This document shows, one piece after another, positions 36,866-47,445 of a stretch of 64,000 nt of DNA. A program made the translations under genes and the position numbers. Under the pieces are notes generated by a model. It did not search any database and was not told the origin of the DNA. It was given only the letters and a program-made list of their open reading frames with translations. The stretch is from a virus: IMG/VR virus record IMGVR_UViG_3300020183_000013, positions 73,576-137,575 of that record, one strand, 5' to 3'. Positions within the stretch are counted from its first letter, which is position 1. Every line of letters starts with the position of its first letter.

Positions 36866-38509
36866 ATGGCTGACCATTATCTAGGCAATCCTCTTCTTAA
36901 GAAGGCAAATACTGTTGTTGAATTTACTGAAGAACAGGTTCTAGAGTTTGCTAGGTGTCAAGAAGATCCGATCTACTTTGCAAAAAATTATATTCAGATT
37001 GTCACATTGGATTATGGTTTACAACCATTTAAACCATATCCTTTTCAGGAAACGATGATCGATCGTTTTCATAATCATAGATTTAATGTTTGTAAACTTC
37101 CAAGACAGTCTGGAAAGTCAACCATCGTTGTTTCTTATCTTTTGCATTACGCAATTTTTAATGATAATGTAAATATTGCAATTCTTGCTAACAAAGCATC
37201 GACCGCAAAAGATCTACTAGATAGATTGCAAACAGCATATGAAAATCTACCCAAGTGGTTACAGCAAGGTGTGATGACTTGGAACAAAGCTTCTTTGGAG
37301 TTGGAAAATGGGTCAAAAATTATTGCTGCTTCTACTAGCGCCTCTGCGGTACGCGGTGGATCTTATAATATTATATTCCTGGACGAATTTGCGTTTATTC
37401 CTAACCACATTGCTGATCAGTTTTTCAGTTCTGTTTATCCTACTATTTCATCTGGTAAAAACACTAAGGTAATTATTGTTTCTACCCCTCACGGGATGAA
37501 TCATTTTTACAAAATTTGGCACGATGCTGAAAGAAGTAAAAATGAGTATATTCCAACAGATGTTCATTGGTCTGAGGTTCCTGGTAGGGATGAAAAGTGG
37601 AAAGCACAAACTATTGCAAACACATCAGAACAACAATTTAAGGTTGAGTTTGAGTGTGAATTCTTAGGATCTGTTGATACTTTGATTGCTCCTAGCAAAT
37701 TGAGAAATCTTGTTTATGAGAATCCAAAGGCAAGAAATGCTGGATTAGATGTTTTCGATGATCCTATTGAGGAACACGATTACATTATTACTGTTGACGT
37801 TGCAAGAGGTGTTGGTAATGACTACTCAGCATTTGTTGTAGTAGATATAACTAAATATCCACACGAAATAGTTGCAAAATATAGAAATAATGAAATAAAA
37901 CCGATGCTTTTTCCAAGCATCATTCACGACATAGCAAAAAGTTATAATAACGCTTATATTTTATGCGAAGTAAATGATATTGGAGATCAGGTTGCAAGTA
38001 TTATTCAATATGATTTGGAATATAATAATTTACTTATGTGCTCAATGAGGGGCAGGGCGGGGCAAATTGTTGGTCAAGGATTTTCTGGAAAGAAAACTCA
38101 ACTTGGTGTAAAAATGTCTAAGACTGTTAAAAAAGTTGGATGCTTAAACTTAAAGACTTTAATCGAAGAAGAAAAGTTACTGTTTAAAGACTACGACATT
38201 ATAAGTGAACTTACTACGTTTATTCAAAAAAACAATTCATTTGAAGCGGAAGATGGTTGCAATGACGATCTTGCAATGTGTTTAGTAATCTATTCTTGGT
38301 TAGTAGTTCAAGACTACTTCAAAGAACTTACTGATCAAGATGTAAGAAAAAGATTATATGAAGAGCAGAAAAATCAAATTGAGCAAGATATGGCTCCATT
38401 TGGATTTGTAGTGGACGGTACTGAAGATAGTAGTTTCATAGATGAAACTGGTGAAAGATGGTTCACTGACGAATATGGCGATATGTCATATATGTGGGAC
38501 TATGTTTAA
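36866..38509 (+). CDS. gp17: Terminase large subunit gp17
   Basis: PRQSGKST Walker A, IFLDEFAF Walker B, VDVARG, NDDLAM nuclease motifs. Confidence 0.96.
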   Translation: MADHYLGNPLLKKANTVVEFTEEQVLEFARCQEDPIYFAKNYIQIVTLDYGLQPFKPYPFQETMIDRFHNHRFNVCKLPRQSGKSTIVVSYLLHYAIFNDNVNIAILANKASTAKDLLDRLQTAYENLPKWLQQGVMTWNKASLELENGSKIIAASTSASAVRGGSYNIIFLDEFAFIPNHIADQFFSSVYPTISSGKNTKVIIVSTPHGMNHFYKIWHDAERSKNEYIPTDVHWSEVPGRDEKWKAQTIANTSEQQFKVEFECEFLGSVDTLIAPSKLRNLVYENPKARNAGLDVFDDPIEEHDYIITVDVARGVGNDYSAFVVVDITKYPHEIVAKYRNNEIKPMLFPSIIHDIAKSYNNAYILCEVNDIGDQVASIIQYDLEYNNLLMCSMRGRAGQIVGQGFSGKKTQLGVKMSKTVKKVGCLNLKTLIEEEKLLFKDYDIISELTTFIQKNNSFEAEDGCNDDLAMCLVIYSWLVVQDYFKELTDQDVRKRLYEEQKNQIEQDMAPFGFVVDGTEDSSFIDETGERWFTDEYGDMSYMWDYV

Positions 38510-38736
38510 TGGATGTAGATGATCAATTTGAATTGGAACATTTATATTTGTCAGAAAGAAAATGTAAGTCCTGTGGACAAGTCAAAGATTTAATTGATGG
38601 ATTTTATAGAATGCGAAAAAATAAATATCAGTTGTCTTCCTATTCTTATGAGTGTAAAAGTTGCGCTATAAAAAGAGTTTCAGAATCTAGAAGAAATAAA
38701 TCAGTGTCTTTTGTGTCAGAATACCCTGACTGGTGA
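38509..38736 (+). CDS. Small Zn-finger protein
   Basis: RKCKSC..FY..YECKSC; TAATG coupling with gp17. Confidence 0.7.
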   Translation: MDVDDQFELEHLYLSERKCKSCGQVKDLIDGFYRMRKNKYQLSSYSYECKSCAIKRVSESRRNKSVSFVSEYPDW

Positions 38737-38775
38737 TGTTCGTGCATTGTTTCTGCATATGAAATAACCCCTTTT

Positions 38776-38783
38776 TATAAATA
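38776..38783 (+). promoter_or_regulatory. T4-type late promoter
   Basis: TATAAATA upstream of gp18. Confidence 0.8.
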
Positions 38784-38815
38784 ATTTCAGATAAACTGAG
38801 ATTAGGAGAAATTAA

Positions 38816-41014
38816 ATGGCGACTCCTCAATTGTCTCCCGGCGTACTTATCCGTGAGGTTGATTTAACAGTAGGAAGAGCTGATAATGTACTGGATAATA
38901 TCGGTGCAATTGCTGGTCCCTTTGCTATTGGTCCAGTAGATGAACCAATTGATATTACCACAGAAAACGAACTCATTAATGTTTTCGGTAAGCCTTTATC
39001 AACCGATGCCCAATATGAATATTGGATGAGTGCATCCTCATTCCTTTCATATGGTGGTGTACTTAAGGTTGTAAGAACTAATGGTGACAATCTAGTTAAC
39101 GCTAATGCTATTCGCAACGCAGCAGGCGTTTCAACCGCTGGAGAACCAGCATTAAAGATCAAGAACTTTGATGATTATGAAGCAAATTATGCTGATGATA
39201 TTGCAAACTATATTTTTGCAGCAAAAACCCCAGGTGCTTGGTCAAATAACCTTAAAGTTTGTGTAATTGACGACAAGGCAGACCAAATTCTTCACGTTGG
39301 TGCTGCTGCAACCGCAATGGCACAAGTTGGTTTTGCAGTAACAACAGCATTGACTAATGTAGTTTCAACAGGAATTGGAACCACATCTCTCTTTAACGGT
39401 TATTTAAAGGGAATAATTACTGGAGTTGGTGCTAGCACTCTTGATGTTAAGATTGATTCCTTAGTTTCTTCCAATGGAACAGTAACAAAGGTTTCATATG
39501 CACCTAAAACACAGTTACAGTCATTTAAACCAGCAACTCCTGGTGGAACTTTAACTGTAAGTGTTGTTACCAACGCTGGAGTAGGAACTACAACAGCAAG
39601 TATTAACACTGGTTCTAACCCAATTTTAGACTGGTATGATAACCAAGTCCTACAACTAGAGAACACAGCAATTTACTGGAAGTCTATTGCTCCAAAACCA
39701 GGAACTTCTGCTTACACTACAGAAAGAAACGGTAAGAGCGATGAAATCCACATTGCAATCATTGACGATCTGGGAACGGTAACAGGTATTCAAGGAAACC
39801 TTGTAGAAAAGCATATTGGTCTTTCCAAGGCTCTAGATGCAGTTTCTGCAGTTAACTCACCACAAAAGATCTGGTGGAAGAACTACCTTGCACTATATTC
39901 AAACTATGTTTATGTTGGAGACAACCCTTCAGATGATCTAAATGTAAATGAAGATGTTGTTCCTACTGGATTCAGCACCGCATTTACCGCATATACCACA
40001 ACTCAAGGTTTGTGGAATGAAGTTGCACAAGACAAGGTTTACAGTGCATTAGGTAACGTAACCTATAAACTAACTGGAGGAAAGGACTATTCCGATCAAG
40101 GCGGAATGGTAGCTACTCTTGGTGATCTAATCACTTCATACAATCTATTCTCAAATAGAGATGAAGTTCCTCTAGATTACCTGATTATGGGTCCTGGATT
40201 AACTAATAAGTTTGAATCACAAGCGAAAGCAAATCAACTTATTTCTATTGCAAATTCAAGAAAAGACTGTGTAGCAGTAATTTCTCCACACAGAGCTGAC
40301 GTTGTTGACATTACTAACTCTGACACACAAACTGACAACATTCTTGAGTTCTTCTCACCACTTTCATCAACATCATATGCTATCTTTGATAGTGGTTATA
40401 AGTACACCTACGATAGGTTTAATAACAGGTTCCGTTATATTCCCTGCAATGCGGACGTTGCTGGTCTTTGTGTGAGAACTTCCATCTTTGCATATCCTTG
40501 GTTCTCACCTGCAGGACAGCAAAGAGGAATCTTAAACAATGCAATCAAACTTGCATACAATCCAAATAAGGCGCAGAGAGATCAACTTTATCCACAGAGA
40601 ATTAATTCTATCGTGAACCAACCTGGAATTGGTATTCTTCTCTTCGGAGATAAGACTGCTCTGGGTTATGCTTCTGCTTTCGATAGAATTAATGTTCGCC
40701 GCCTGTTCCTGACCGTTGAGCAAGCACTCGAAAGAACTGCTCAAGCACAACTGTTCGAATTGAATGATGAAATCACTAGAGCAAACTTTGTAAACATTGT
40801 TGAACCATATCTCCGCGACGTTCAGGCAAAGAGAGGTCTCTATGGTTTCCTCGTAAAATGTGACGCATCAAATAACACTCCTGACGTAATTGATAATAAT
40901 GAATTCAGAGCTGATATCTTCCTGAAACCAGCTAAATCAATTAACTATGTGACTCTGACCTTCGTGGCAACTAGAACGGGAGTAAGTTTTGAAGAAGTTG
41001 CTGGCACAGTTTGA
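38816..41014 (+). CDS. gp18: Tail sheath protein gp18
   Basis: SPGVLIREVDLT, PWFSPAG..RG, FDRINVRRLFL, KPAKSINYVTLTFVATRTG. Confidence 0.96.
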   Translation: MATPQLSPGVLIREVDLTVGRADNVLDNIGAIAGPFAIGPVDEPIDITTENELINVFGKPLSTDAQYEYWMSASSFLSYGGVLKVVRTNGDNLVNANAIRNAAGVSTAGEPALKIKNFDDYEANYADDIANYIFAAKTPGAWSNNLKVCVIDDKADQILHVGAAATAMAQVGFAVTTALTNVVSTGIGTTSLFNGYLKGIITGVGASTLDVKIDSLVSSNGTVTKVSYAPKTQLQSFKPATPGGTLTVSVVTNAGVGTTTASINTGSNPILDWYDNQVLQLENTAIYWKSIAPKPGTSAYTTERNGKSDEIHIAIIDDLGTVTGIQGNLVEKHIGLSKALDAVSAVNSPQKIWWKNYLALYSNYVYVGDNPSDDLNVNEDVVPTGFSTAFTAYTTTQGLWNEVAQDKVYSALGNVTYKLTGGKDYSDQGGMVATLGDLITSYNLFSNRDEVPLDYLIMGPGLTNKFESQAKANQLISIANSRKDCVAVISPHRADVVDITNSDTQTDNILEFFSPLSSTSYAIFDSGYKYTYDRFNNRFRYIPCNADVAGLCVRTSIFAYPWFSPAGQQRGILNNAIKLAYNPNKAQRDQLYPQRINSIVNQPGIGILLFGDKTALGYASAFDRINVRRLFLTVEQALERTAQAQLFELNDEITRANFVNIVEPYLRDVQAKRGLYGFLVKCDASNNTPDVIDNNEFRADIFLKPAKSINYVTLTFVATRTGVSFEEVAGTV

Positions 41015-41046
41015 TTTTTAAATAAACTTAACAGGAGATTAAACCA

Positions 41047-41661
41047 ATGGCACAAATCAGAAGTCTTTCCGAATTTAAAACTAAATTGAGTGGTGGCGGT
41101 GTTCGCCCAAATCTATTTGAAGTCACTTTGCCATCGCTTCCTCCAGGAGTACAACCTCAGATTGGAGTTCAGGGTGACGGTGATGGGGTATATGATGCAC
41201 AAAAGTTTCCATTTTTATGTAAAGCAGCTGCTCTTCCCGCTTCTAACATTGCACCAATTGATGTGCCCTTTAGAGGTCGTATCTTAAAGGTAGCTGGTGA
41301 CAGAACCTTTGATACTTGGACTATCACTGTTATTAATGATGAAGACTTTATGTACAGAAGAGTATTTGAGTCTTGGATGCAAAACATTGCTCAGTATTCG
41401 GATCACAGCGGTCTCACCGAACCCAATTCATATATGACAAGTGCTACAGTGAGACAGTTGGGTCGTGGTGCTGTTAATTCAGAAGTTGGTAAAGGAAGTG
41501 GTGGAAATGCAAACATACTTGCTCAATATGAGTTTGTAGACATTTTCCCAACTAACATTTCACAGATTGATTTATCTTATGATACTTCTGATACTATAGA
41601 AGAATTTACTGTGGAATTCCAAGTTCAGTTCTGGTATCCTACCGCTCCAAAAGAATCATAA
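41047..41661 (+). CDS. gp19: Tail tube protein gp19
   Basis: GG.RPNLFEV, VPFRGR.LKVAGDRTFDTWTITVIND, IEEFTVEFQ. Confidence 0.95.
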   Translation: MAQIRSLSEFKTKLSGGGVRPNLFEVTLPSLPPGVQPQIGVQGDGDGVYDAQKFPFLCKAAALPASNIAPIDVPFRGRILKVAGDRTFDTWTITVINDEDFMYRRVFESWMQNIAQYSDHSGLTEPNSYMTSATVRQLGRGAVNSEVGKGSGGNANILAQYEFVDIFPTNISQIDLSYDTSDTIEEFTVEFQVQFWYPTAPKES

Positions 41662-41689
41662 ATATTAGAATAGAAGTTAAACTTTAATA

Positions 41690-43381
41690 ATGGCAAAACT
41701 CTTTGGATTTTCAATTGAGGATAATCAATCCCAATCTCCTGGCGTAGTATCCCCCGTTCCTCAAAATAATGAGGACGGGGTTGATCATTACTTAACGTCA
41801 GGATTTTTTGGTTCATATGTAGATATTGAAGGTGTTTATAGAACTGAATTTGATTTGATAAAAAGATATCGTGAAATGGCTCTTCACCCAGAAGTTGATA
41901 GCGCCATTGAAGATATTATTAGTGAGGCTATCGTATCAGATACTTATGATAGTCCTATTGAAATTGAACTTTCAAATTTGAATGCAAGTGATGGTATCAA
42001 AAGAAAGATTAGAGAAGAATTTAAGCATATCTTAGATTTATTAGATTTTGACAAGAAAGCACACGAGATCTATAGAAATTGGTATATTGACGGTAGATTG
42101 TATTATCATAAAGTAATCGATCTCAAAAATCCCCAAGAGGGAATCCAAGAACTTCGATACATCGACGCATTAAAGATGCGTTATGTACGTCAACAAAAAA
42201 AGAATTCGAAAGAAAATAATTCAATTAAAATTGGAGGAATTGGAGTTCAAAATCCAGAGGACTATATGTTCCCTGAGATTGAAGAGTATTTTCAATACAA
42301 TCCAAAACTTGCAACAACAGCTGGCGCGACAGGTATGTCAAATCAGTCTGTTGGTGGCGGAATCAAAATTGCAAAAGACGCAATTACATATTGCACGTCA
42401 GGTTTGGTAGATAGAAATAAAGGAACAGTTCTTTCATATCTCCATAAAGCAATTAAGTCTCTCAATCAACTTCGTATGATTGAAGATTCTTTGGTCATCT
42501 ATCGTTTGTCAAGGGCTCCAGAAAGAAGAATTTTCTATATTGATGTAGGTAATCTTCCAAAAGTAAAGGCAGAACAATATCTACGTGATGTTATGATGCG
42601 TTATCGTAATAAACTAGTTTATGATGCATCAACTGGAGAAATTCGGGATGATAAGAAATTTATGAGTATGCTTGAGGATTTCTGGTTGCCTCGCCGTGAA
42701 GGTGGTAGAGGAACTGAAATCTCAACTTTACCTGGTGGACAAAATCTTGGTGAAATTACTGACATTAATTATTTCCAGAAAAAATTATACAAGTCTCTGA
42801 ATGTACCTTCATCTAGAATTGAAGGCGAAGGTGGATTTAACCTAGGAAGATCTTCAGAAATTCTACGTGATGAACTTAAGTTTACTAAATTTGTAGGACG
42901 CTTGAGAAAGCGTTTTGCAAATATGTTTAATGATATGTTGAGAACACAGTTGCTTCTCAAAAATATTATTACCCCAGAAGATTGGGAAAAAATGAGTGAG
43001 CATATTCAATATGATTTCTTATATGACAACCATTTCTCCGAACTAAAGGATGCAGAACTCCTAACAGAAAGACTAAATCTAGTAGCAACTGCGGAACCTT
43101 ATGTTGGTAAGTACTACTCGCAAGATTATATTAGACGCAAAATTTTACGTCAGACTGATCAAGAAATTGTTGAACAAGATGTACTTATTCAGAAAGAAAT
43201 TGATGATGGGGTAATTCCAGATCCAAATGCACCTATTGACCCAGCAACAGGACAACCAATGGAACCTGGAATGGATTTGGGTCAACCAGTAGTTGAACCA
43301 GATTTAGAATCACAAGGTAATGCAACAGTTGCTGATGGAAAATCTGCAGAAATGAAAACCCCTAAGGGTGGAGAGATATAA
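41690..43381 (+). CDS. gp20: Portal vertex protein gp20
   Basis: RAPERRIFYIDVGNLPK.KAEQYL, EDFWLPRREGGRGTEI.TLPGGQNLG. Confidence 0.97.
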   Translation: MAKLFGFSIEDNQSQSPGVVSPVPQNNEDGVDHYLTSGFFGSYVDIEGVYRTEFDLIKRYREMALHPEVDSAIEDIISEAIVSDTYDSPIEIELSNLNASDGIKRKIREEFKHILDLLDFDKKAHEIYRNWYIDGRLYYHKVIDLKNPQEGIQELRYIDALKMRYVRQQKKNSKENNSIKIGGIGVQNPEDYMFPEIEEYFQYNPKLATTAGATGMSNQSVGGGIKIAKDAITYCTSGLVDRNKGTVLSYLHKAIKSLNQLRMIEDSLVIYRLSRAPERRIFYIDVGNLPKVKAEQYLRDVMMRYRNKLVYDASTGEIRDDKKFMSMLEDFWLPRREGGRGTEISTLPGGQNLGEITDINYFQKKLYKSLNVPSSRIEGEGGFNLGRSSEILRDELKFTKFVGRLRKRFANMFNDMLRTQLLLKNIITPEDWEKMSEHIQYDFLYDNHFSELKDAELLTERLNLVATAEPYVGKYYSQDYIRRKILRQTDQEIVEQDVLIQKEIDDGVIPDPNAPIDPATGQPMEPGMDLGQPVVEPDLESQGNATVADGKSAEMKTPKGGEI

Positions 43382-43411
43382 ATAGCAGAAGATTTTCAAT
43401 CTACAATTACT

Positions 43412-43579
43412 ATGGACGAATTAATGGATATAATTGTGGCTGACGAGTCACCGTCACAAATTAGCGATAAAATCAAAGATCTTCTATTTTCAAAAGCCGC
43501 AGAAAAGGTTGATTCATTCAGACCAGCCGTTGCAGCGACTCTATTTGGTGAAGAGGAAGAAGAAACCGAAGAGGAATAA
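43412..43579 (+). CDS. Small acidic prohead core-like protein (gp67 position)
   Basis: 55 aa with Glu-rich tail; follows TATAAATA 43377-43384; lies between gp20 and gp21. Confidence 0.65.
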   Translation: MDELMDIIVADESPSQISDKIKDLLFSKAAEKVDSFRPAVAATLFGEEEEETEEE

Positions 43580-43581
43580 AA

Positions 43582-43707
43582 ATGAAATCATTCAAGCAAT
43601 TTATATCTGAATCGGTTAATATTGCTGGTGATTTTACAGGAAATCTTTATATTAATTCTCAACCAGAACAACCACAACAAGTTGGTGAGAGTTATGTTGC
43701 TAATTAA
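43582..43707 (+). CDS. Short ORF with capsid-targeting-like N-terminus, possibly truncated
   Basis: MKSFKQFISE-SVNIAGDFTGNLYINSQPEQPQQVGESYVAN*. Confidence 0.55.
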   Translation: MKSFKQFISESVNIAGDFTGNLYINSQPEQPQQVGESYVAN

Positions 43708-43757
43708 GAACGAATTATAAGAAATAATAAATAACTTATAAGGTCTTTATTATACCA

Positions 43758-44024
43758 ATGCAAAGAACAAAAATAATTGAAACTGAAGTTGCTACAAGCA
43801 CAACGGCTGGGACTGCAACTAGCATTAGTAGTGCTAGTTGTGTGAGACTTCATAATAATACTGCAGGTATAGTTACTGTTGGTGTTTCGACTGTAGTTGG
43901 AGCAGCATCTACTAATTATTTTTCAATGCCTGCGAGTTCGATTGAATTTTTAGAAAAACTTCCATCTGATGTTATTTGGACATCTTCAGCAATTAAGGCA
44001 TCAAAAGTAGGACTTACCAACTAA
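43758..44024 (+). CDS. Hypothetical virion-associated protein
   Basis: 88 aa, Thr/Ser-rich; TAAATA late box upstream. Confidence 0.7.
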   Translation: MQRTKIIETEVATSTTAGTATSISSASCVRLHNNTAGIVTVGVSTVVGAASTNYFSMPASSIEFLEKLPSDVIWTSSAIKASKVGLTN

Positions 44025-44028
44025 AACA

Positions 44029-44679
44029 ATGAAACTAATCAGAGAAGAAATCGAAAAAGTAGAAGTTCTCACTGAAGAATCTGATGGTAAAAAATCTCTT
44101 TTTATTAAAGGAATTTTTCTTCAGGCTGAACAGGTAAACAGAAACGGTAGAGTATACCGTATGCCTGTAATGGAAAGAGAAGTTAACCGATACAATGAGC
44201 AGTATGTTCAAAAAGGTCGTGCTCTAGGAGAACTTGGCCACCCAGATGGTCCAACAGTTAACTTGGATAGAGTTTCTCACAAGATTGTAGAACTTCAACG
44301 TGAAGGTAACAACTTCATTGGTAAGGCTCAAATCCTGTCAACTCCAATGGGAAAGATTGCAGAATCTCTTTTAAGTGATGGAGTAACTCTTGGTGTTTCT
44401 TCTCGTGGAATTGGTTCATTGAGAGAAACCAGAGAAGGATATAAGGAAGTTGGTGAAGACTTTATGCTTGCAACTGCTGCTGATATCGTAGCAGATCCTT
44501 CCGCTCCTGACGCTTTTGTTCAGGGAATTATGGAAGGAAAGGAATGGATTTGGGATGGTGGTGTTCTACGTGAAAAACTTGCCGAGAACACTAGAAGAAG
44601 AATTAACACTTTAGTTGATCAAAGAAAACTTGAAGAGCATAAAATTAAACTCTTCAACGATTTCTTAAATTCACTATAA
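44029..44679 (+). CDS. gp21: Prohead protease gp21
   Basis: NRNGRVY, ALGELGHP, GVSSRG.GS, DIVADPSAPDAFV. Confidence 0.96.
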   Translation: MKLIREEIEKVEVLTEESDGKKSLFIKGIFLQAEQVNRNGRVYRMPVMEREVNRYNEQYVQKGRALGELGHPDGPTVNLDRVSHKIVELQREGNNFIGKAQILSTPMGKIAESLLSDGVTLGVSSRGIGSLRETREGYKEVGEDFMLATAADIVADPSAPDAFVQGIMEGKEWIWDGGVLREKLAENTRRRINTLVDQRKLEEHKIKLFNDFLNSL

Positions 44680-44698
44680 TTAGTGTAATTTATCATAT

Positions 44699-44706
44699 TA
44701 TAAATA
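44699..44706 (+). promoter_or_regulatory. T4-type late promoter
   Basis: TATAAATA upstream of gp22. Confidence 0.8.
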
Positions 44707-44742
44707 AATATAGATTTAATAAAGGTAAATCGGAGAGTTCAA

Positions 44743-45924
44743 ATGTCTCGTGGTACACAATTACAAGAAATGGAAGTAGGCACAAAGCAATCCAAAACTG
44801 CCGTTAATGTTAATGCTAAGGCAGCAGATCCAATGCCTAAGGCTGGAAGCAATGCTTCTAATGTAATGGTTGATGGTCAAACTGGCAGTTGGGAAGATCT
44901 TGGAGGTCCTACTCCAGACAACTACAGACCAGATGATGAGTCTGCTCATCTCAAAACACCCGGTGCAGCACTTAAGCAAGTTAAGAATGTTGTAACTAAG
45001 GGTGCTAAAGCAGCAGATGCAATGGGTCACTTAAAGCCTGGTGCTGTTAAGGAAGAAGAAGATTATGAGGATGAGGATCTTGTTGATGAAGAAGAACTCG
45101 AAGATGAAGAGGTAGTTTCCGAAGCCGAGGAAAAGGAAGAGGATGAAGATGAAGAGGATGAAGATGAAGAGGATGAAGAAGAAATGAAGGAAGAGTTTGA
45201 CATCGATGAAGATGTCAATGCACTTCTTTCTGGTGAAGAACTCTCCGAAGAATTCCAAGAGAAAGCGAAAACTATTTTCGAAGCTGCTCTCAGAAGTAAG
45301 GTTTCCGATATTAAAGAAACTTTAGAAGTTCAATATGAAGAGCGCCTTATTGAAGAGGTTGCTGAAATTAAGACCGTTCTTGAAGAGCGTGTCGATGCAT
45401 ACCTAGAGTATGTTGCCGAAGAATGGATGACCGAGAATCAACTAGCAGTTGAGCAAGGTCTGAAGGAAGAACTCTCAGAGTCATTCCTCTCAGGTCTGAA
45501 AGGTCTTTTTGAAGAACATTATGTAACAATCCCTGAAGAAAAATATGATATACTCCATAGCATGGTAGAAAAACTTGATGAAATGGAAGAAAAACTCAAC
45601 GAGCAAATTGAGAAAAATATCCATCTGAACAAGCGTCTCGCAGAGTCGGTTGCAGAAGGAATCTTTGATGAGATTTCTGAGGGTCTAGCACTTTCTCAGA
45701 AAGATAAGCTCGCTTCACTTGCCGAAAGTGTTGAGTTTGAAAGTGAGGCACAATATCGTGAAAAACTGGAAACTCTGAAGGAATCATATTTTCCTTCAAA
45801 GGCAGTTTCTCCAAAGGCAAAAACTGAAACTCTTTCTGAAGGAGTAGACGTTGCTCCTGAGTATTACTCAGATTCAATGAATGCTTATCTAAAAGCTCTT
45901 TCAGTTACTTCGCCCAAAAACTGA
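44743..45924 (+). CDS. gp22: Prohead core scaffold gp22
   Basis: Acidic coiled coil; KAKTIFEAA, VDAYLEYVAEEWM.EN.LAVE. Confidence 0.92.
   Translation: MSRGTQLQEMEVGTKQSKTAVNVNAKAADPMPKAGSNASNVMVDGQTGSWEDLGGPTPDNYRPDDESAHLKTPGAALKQVKNVVTKGAKAADAMGHLKPGAVKEEEDYEDEDLVDEEELEDEEVVSEAEEKEEDEDEEDEDEEDEEEMKEEFDIDEDVNALLSGEELSEEFQEKAKTIFEAALRSKVSDIKETLEVQYEERLIEEVAEIKTVLEERVDAYLEYVAEEWMTENQLAVEQGLKEELSESFLSGLKGLFEEHYVTIPEEKYDILHSMVEKLDEMEEKLNEQIEKNIHLNKRLAESVAEGIFDEISEGLALSQKDKLASLAESVEFESEAQYREKLETLKESYFPSKAVSPKAKTETLSEGVDVAPEYYSDSMNAYLKALSVTSPKN
45136..45180 (+). repeat. In-frame tandem repeat (3 x 15 nt)
   Basis: GAAGAGGATGAAGA(T/A) x3 encoding the D/E tract of gp22. Confidence 0.7.
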
Positions 45925-45966
45925 AATTAACATTAAACAAACACACTTTTAAAGAGGTAAACGCAA

Positions 45967-47382
45967 ATGTTCAATAACGAGCATCTGCAGGAAAAGTGGG
46001 CTCCCCTTCTGAACTATGAGGGTCTTGATCCTATCAAAGATTCACACAGAAGAGCTGTAACCGCTGTCCTGCTCGAAAACCAAGAGAAATTCCTTAGAGA
46101 GGAGCAATCCTTTGCACAGTCAGGTTCATTCCTGACCGAAGCTCCAACCAACTCTGCTAACGGCACTGGTGCTGGTGGTGGTTTTGGTGGTGGTGCAACC
46201 GCTGGCGGTCCTGTAGCAGGTTTCGACCCTGTTCTGATCTCTCTGATCCGCCGTGCAATGCCCAACCTGGTCGCATATGACCTGGCTGGCGTTCAACCAA
46301 TGAACGGTCCTACTGGACTGATTTTCGCAATGCGTTCACGCTACACCAACCAGTCTGGCGCTGAAGCACTGTTCAACGAAGCAGATACTCGCTTCTCTGC
46401 ACAGAACGCAACTAACACCCTGACTCAGGGTAGCGACTACGCTGGTGGTGCTGGTATCGGTACTACCGCTGCTCAGAGCGGAACCAACCCTGGTCTGCTG
46501 AATGCTGCAGCTGCAACCCCATACACCCTGAGTGGTGGTATGCACACTGGTGACGCTGAGAACCTCGGTTCCAGTGTTGCATTCAACGAGATGGCATTCT
46601 CAATCGAGAAAGTCACCGTTACTGCAAAGTCACGCGCTCTGAAGGCTGAGTACTCACTTGAGCTCGCTCAAGACCTCAAGGCGATTCACGGTCTGAATGC
46701 TGAGGCAGAACTTGCCAACATTCTTTCAACCGAGATCCTCGCTGAAATCAACCGCGAAGTTATCCGTACCATCTATAACGTTGCTGAAGCTGGTGCTCAG
46801 GCAAACGTTGCTACTGCTGGTACTTTTGACCTCGACGTTGATTCAAACGGTCGTTGGTCTGTTGAGAAGTTCAAGGGTCTCCTGTTCCAAATCGAGCGTG
46901 ATGCTAACGCAATCGCACAAAGAACTCGTAGAGGAAAAGGTAACATCATCCTATGCTCCGCTGACGTTGCTTCAGCACTGAGTATGGCTGGTGTTCTTGA
47001 TTACACCCCTGCACTCAACGCTAACCTGAACGTTGATGACACTGGTAACACCTTCGCAGGTACTCTGCTTGGTAAGTTCCGCGTCTACATCGACCCATAT
47101 GCTGCAAACGTAGATTCTAACCAGTATTACGTTGTTGGTTATAAGGGTTCTTCACCTTATGACGCAGGTCTGTTCTATTGCCCATACGTTCCTCTCCAAA
47201 TGGTTCGTGCCGTTGGCGAGAACACCTTCCAGCCAAAAATCGGCTTTAAGACTCGTTATGGCATTGTTGCTAACCCATTCGCTGAAGGCGGTCTCTCCTC
47301 TGGAGCTGCTACCTCACTGGGTAAACTCAATGCAAGTGCAAACCGTTACTACAGAAGAGTTCTCGTTAAGAACCTTATGTGA
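45967..47382 (+). CDS. gp23: Major capsid protein gp23
   Basis: LIRRAMPNL.AYD..GVQPM.GPTGLIFAMR, KSRALKAEYSLELAQDLKAIHG, FQPKIGFKTRYG. Confidence 0.98.
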   Translation: MFNNEHLQEKWAPLLNYEGLDPIKDSHRRAVTAVLLENQEKFLREEQSFAQSGSFLTEAPTNSANGTGAGGGFGGGATAGGPVAGFDPVLISLIRRAMPNLVAYDLAGVQPMNGPTGLIFAMRSRYTNQSGAEALFNEADTRFSAQNATNTLTQGSDYAGGAGIGTTAAQSGTNPGLLNAAAATPYTLSGGMHTGDAENLGSSVAFNEMAFSIEKVTVTAKSRALKAEYSLELAQDLKAIHGLNAEAELANILSTEILAEINREVIRTIYNVAEAGAQANVATAGTFDLDVDSNGRWSVEKFKGLLFQIERDANAIAQRTRRGKGNIILCSADVASALSMAGVLDYTPALNANLNVDDTGNTFAGTLLGKFRVYIDPYAANVDSNQYYVVGYKGSSPYDAGLFYCPYVPLQMVRAVGENTFQPKIGFKTRYGIVANPFAEGGLSSGAATSLGKLNASANRYYRRVLVKNLM

Positions 47383-47402
47383 TCACGGTTCACATTTTTC
47401 TG

Positions 47403-47426
47403 GGGGTCCGAAAGGACCCCTTTTTT
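47403..47426 (+). terminator. Intrinsic terminator after gp23
   Basis: GGGGTCC-GAAA-GGACCCC followed by T6. Confidence 0.9.
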
Positions 47427-47445
47427 ATTCTAAATAGTTAAAAAA

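Noticed and set aside
45051-45200. Purine-rich low-complexity tract as a separate element
   Set aside because: It simply encodes the acidic linker of scaffold gp22
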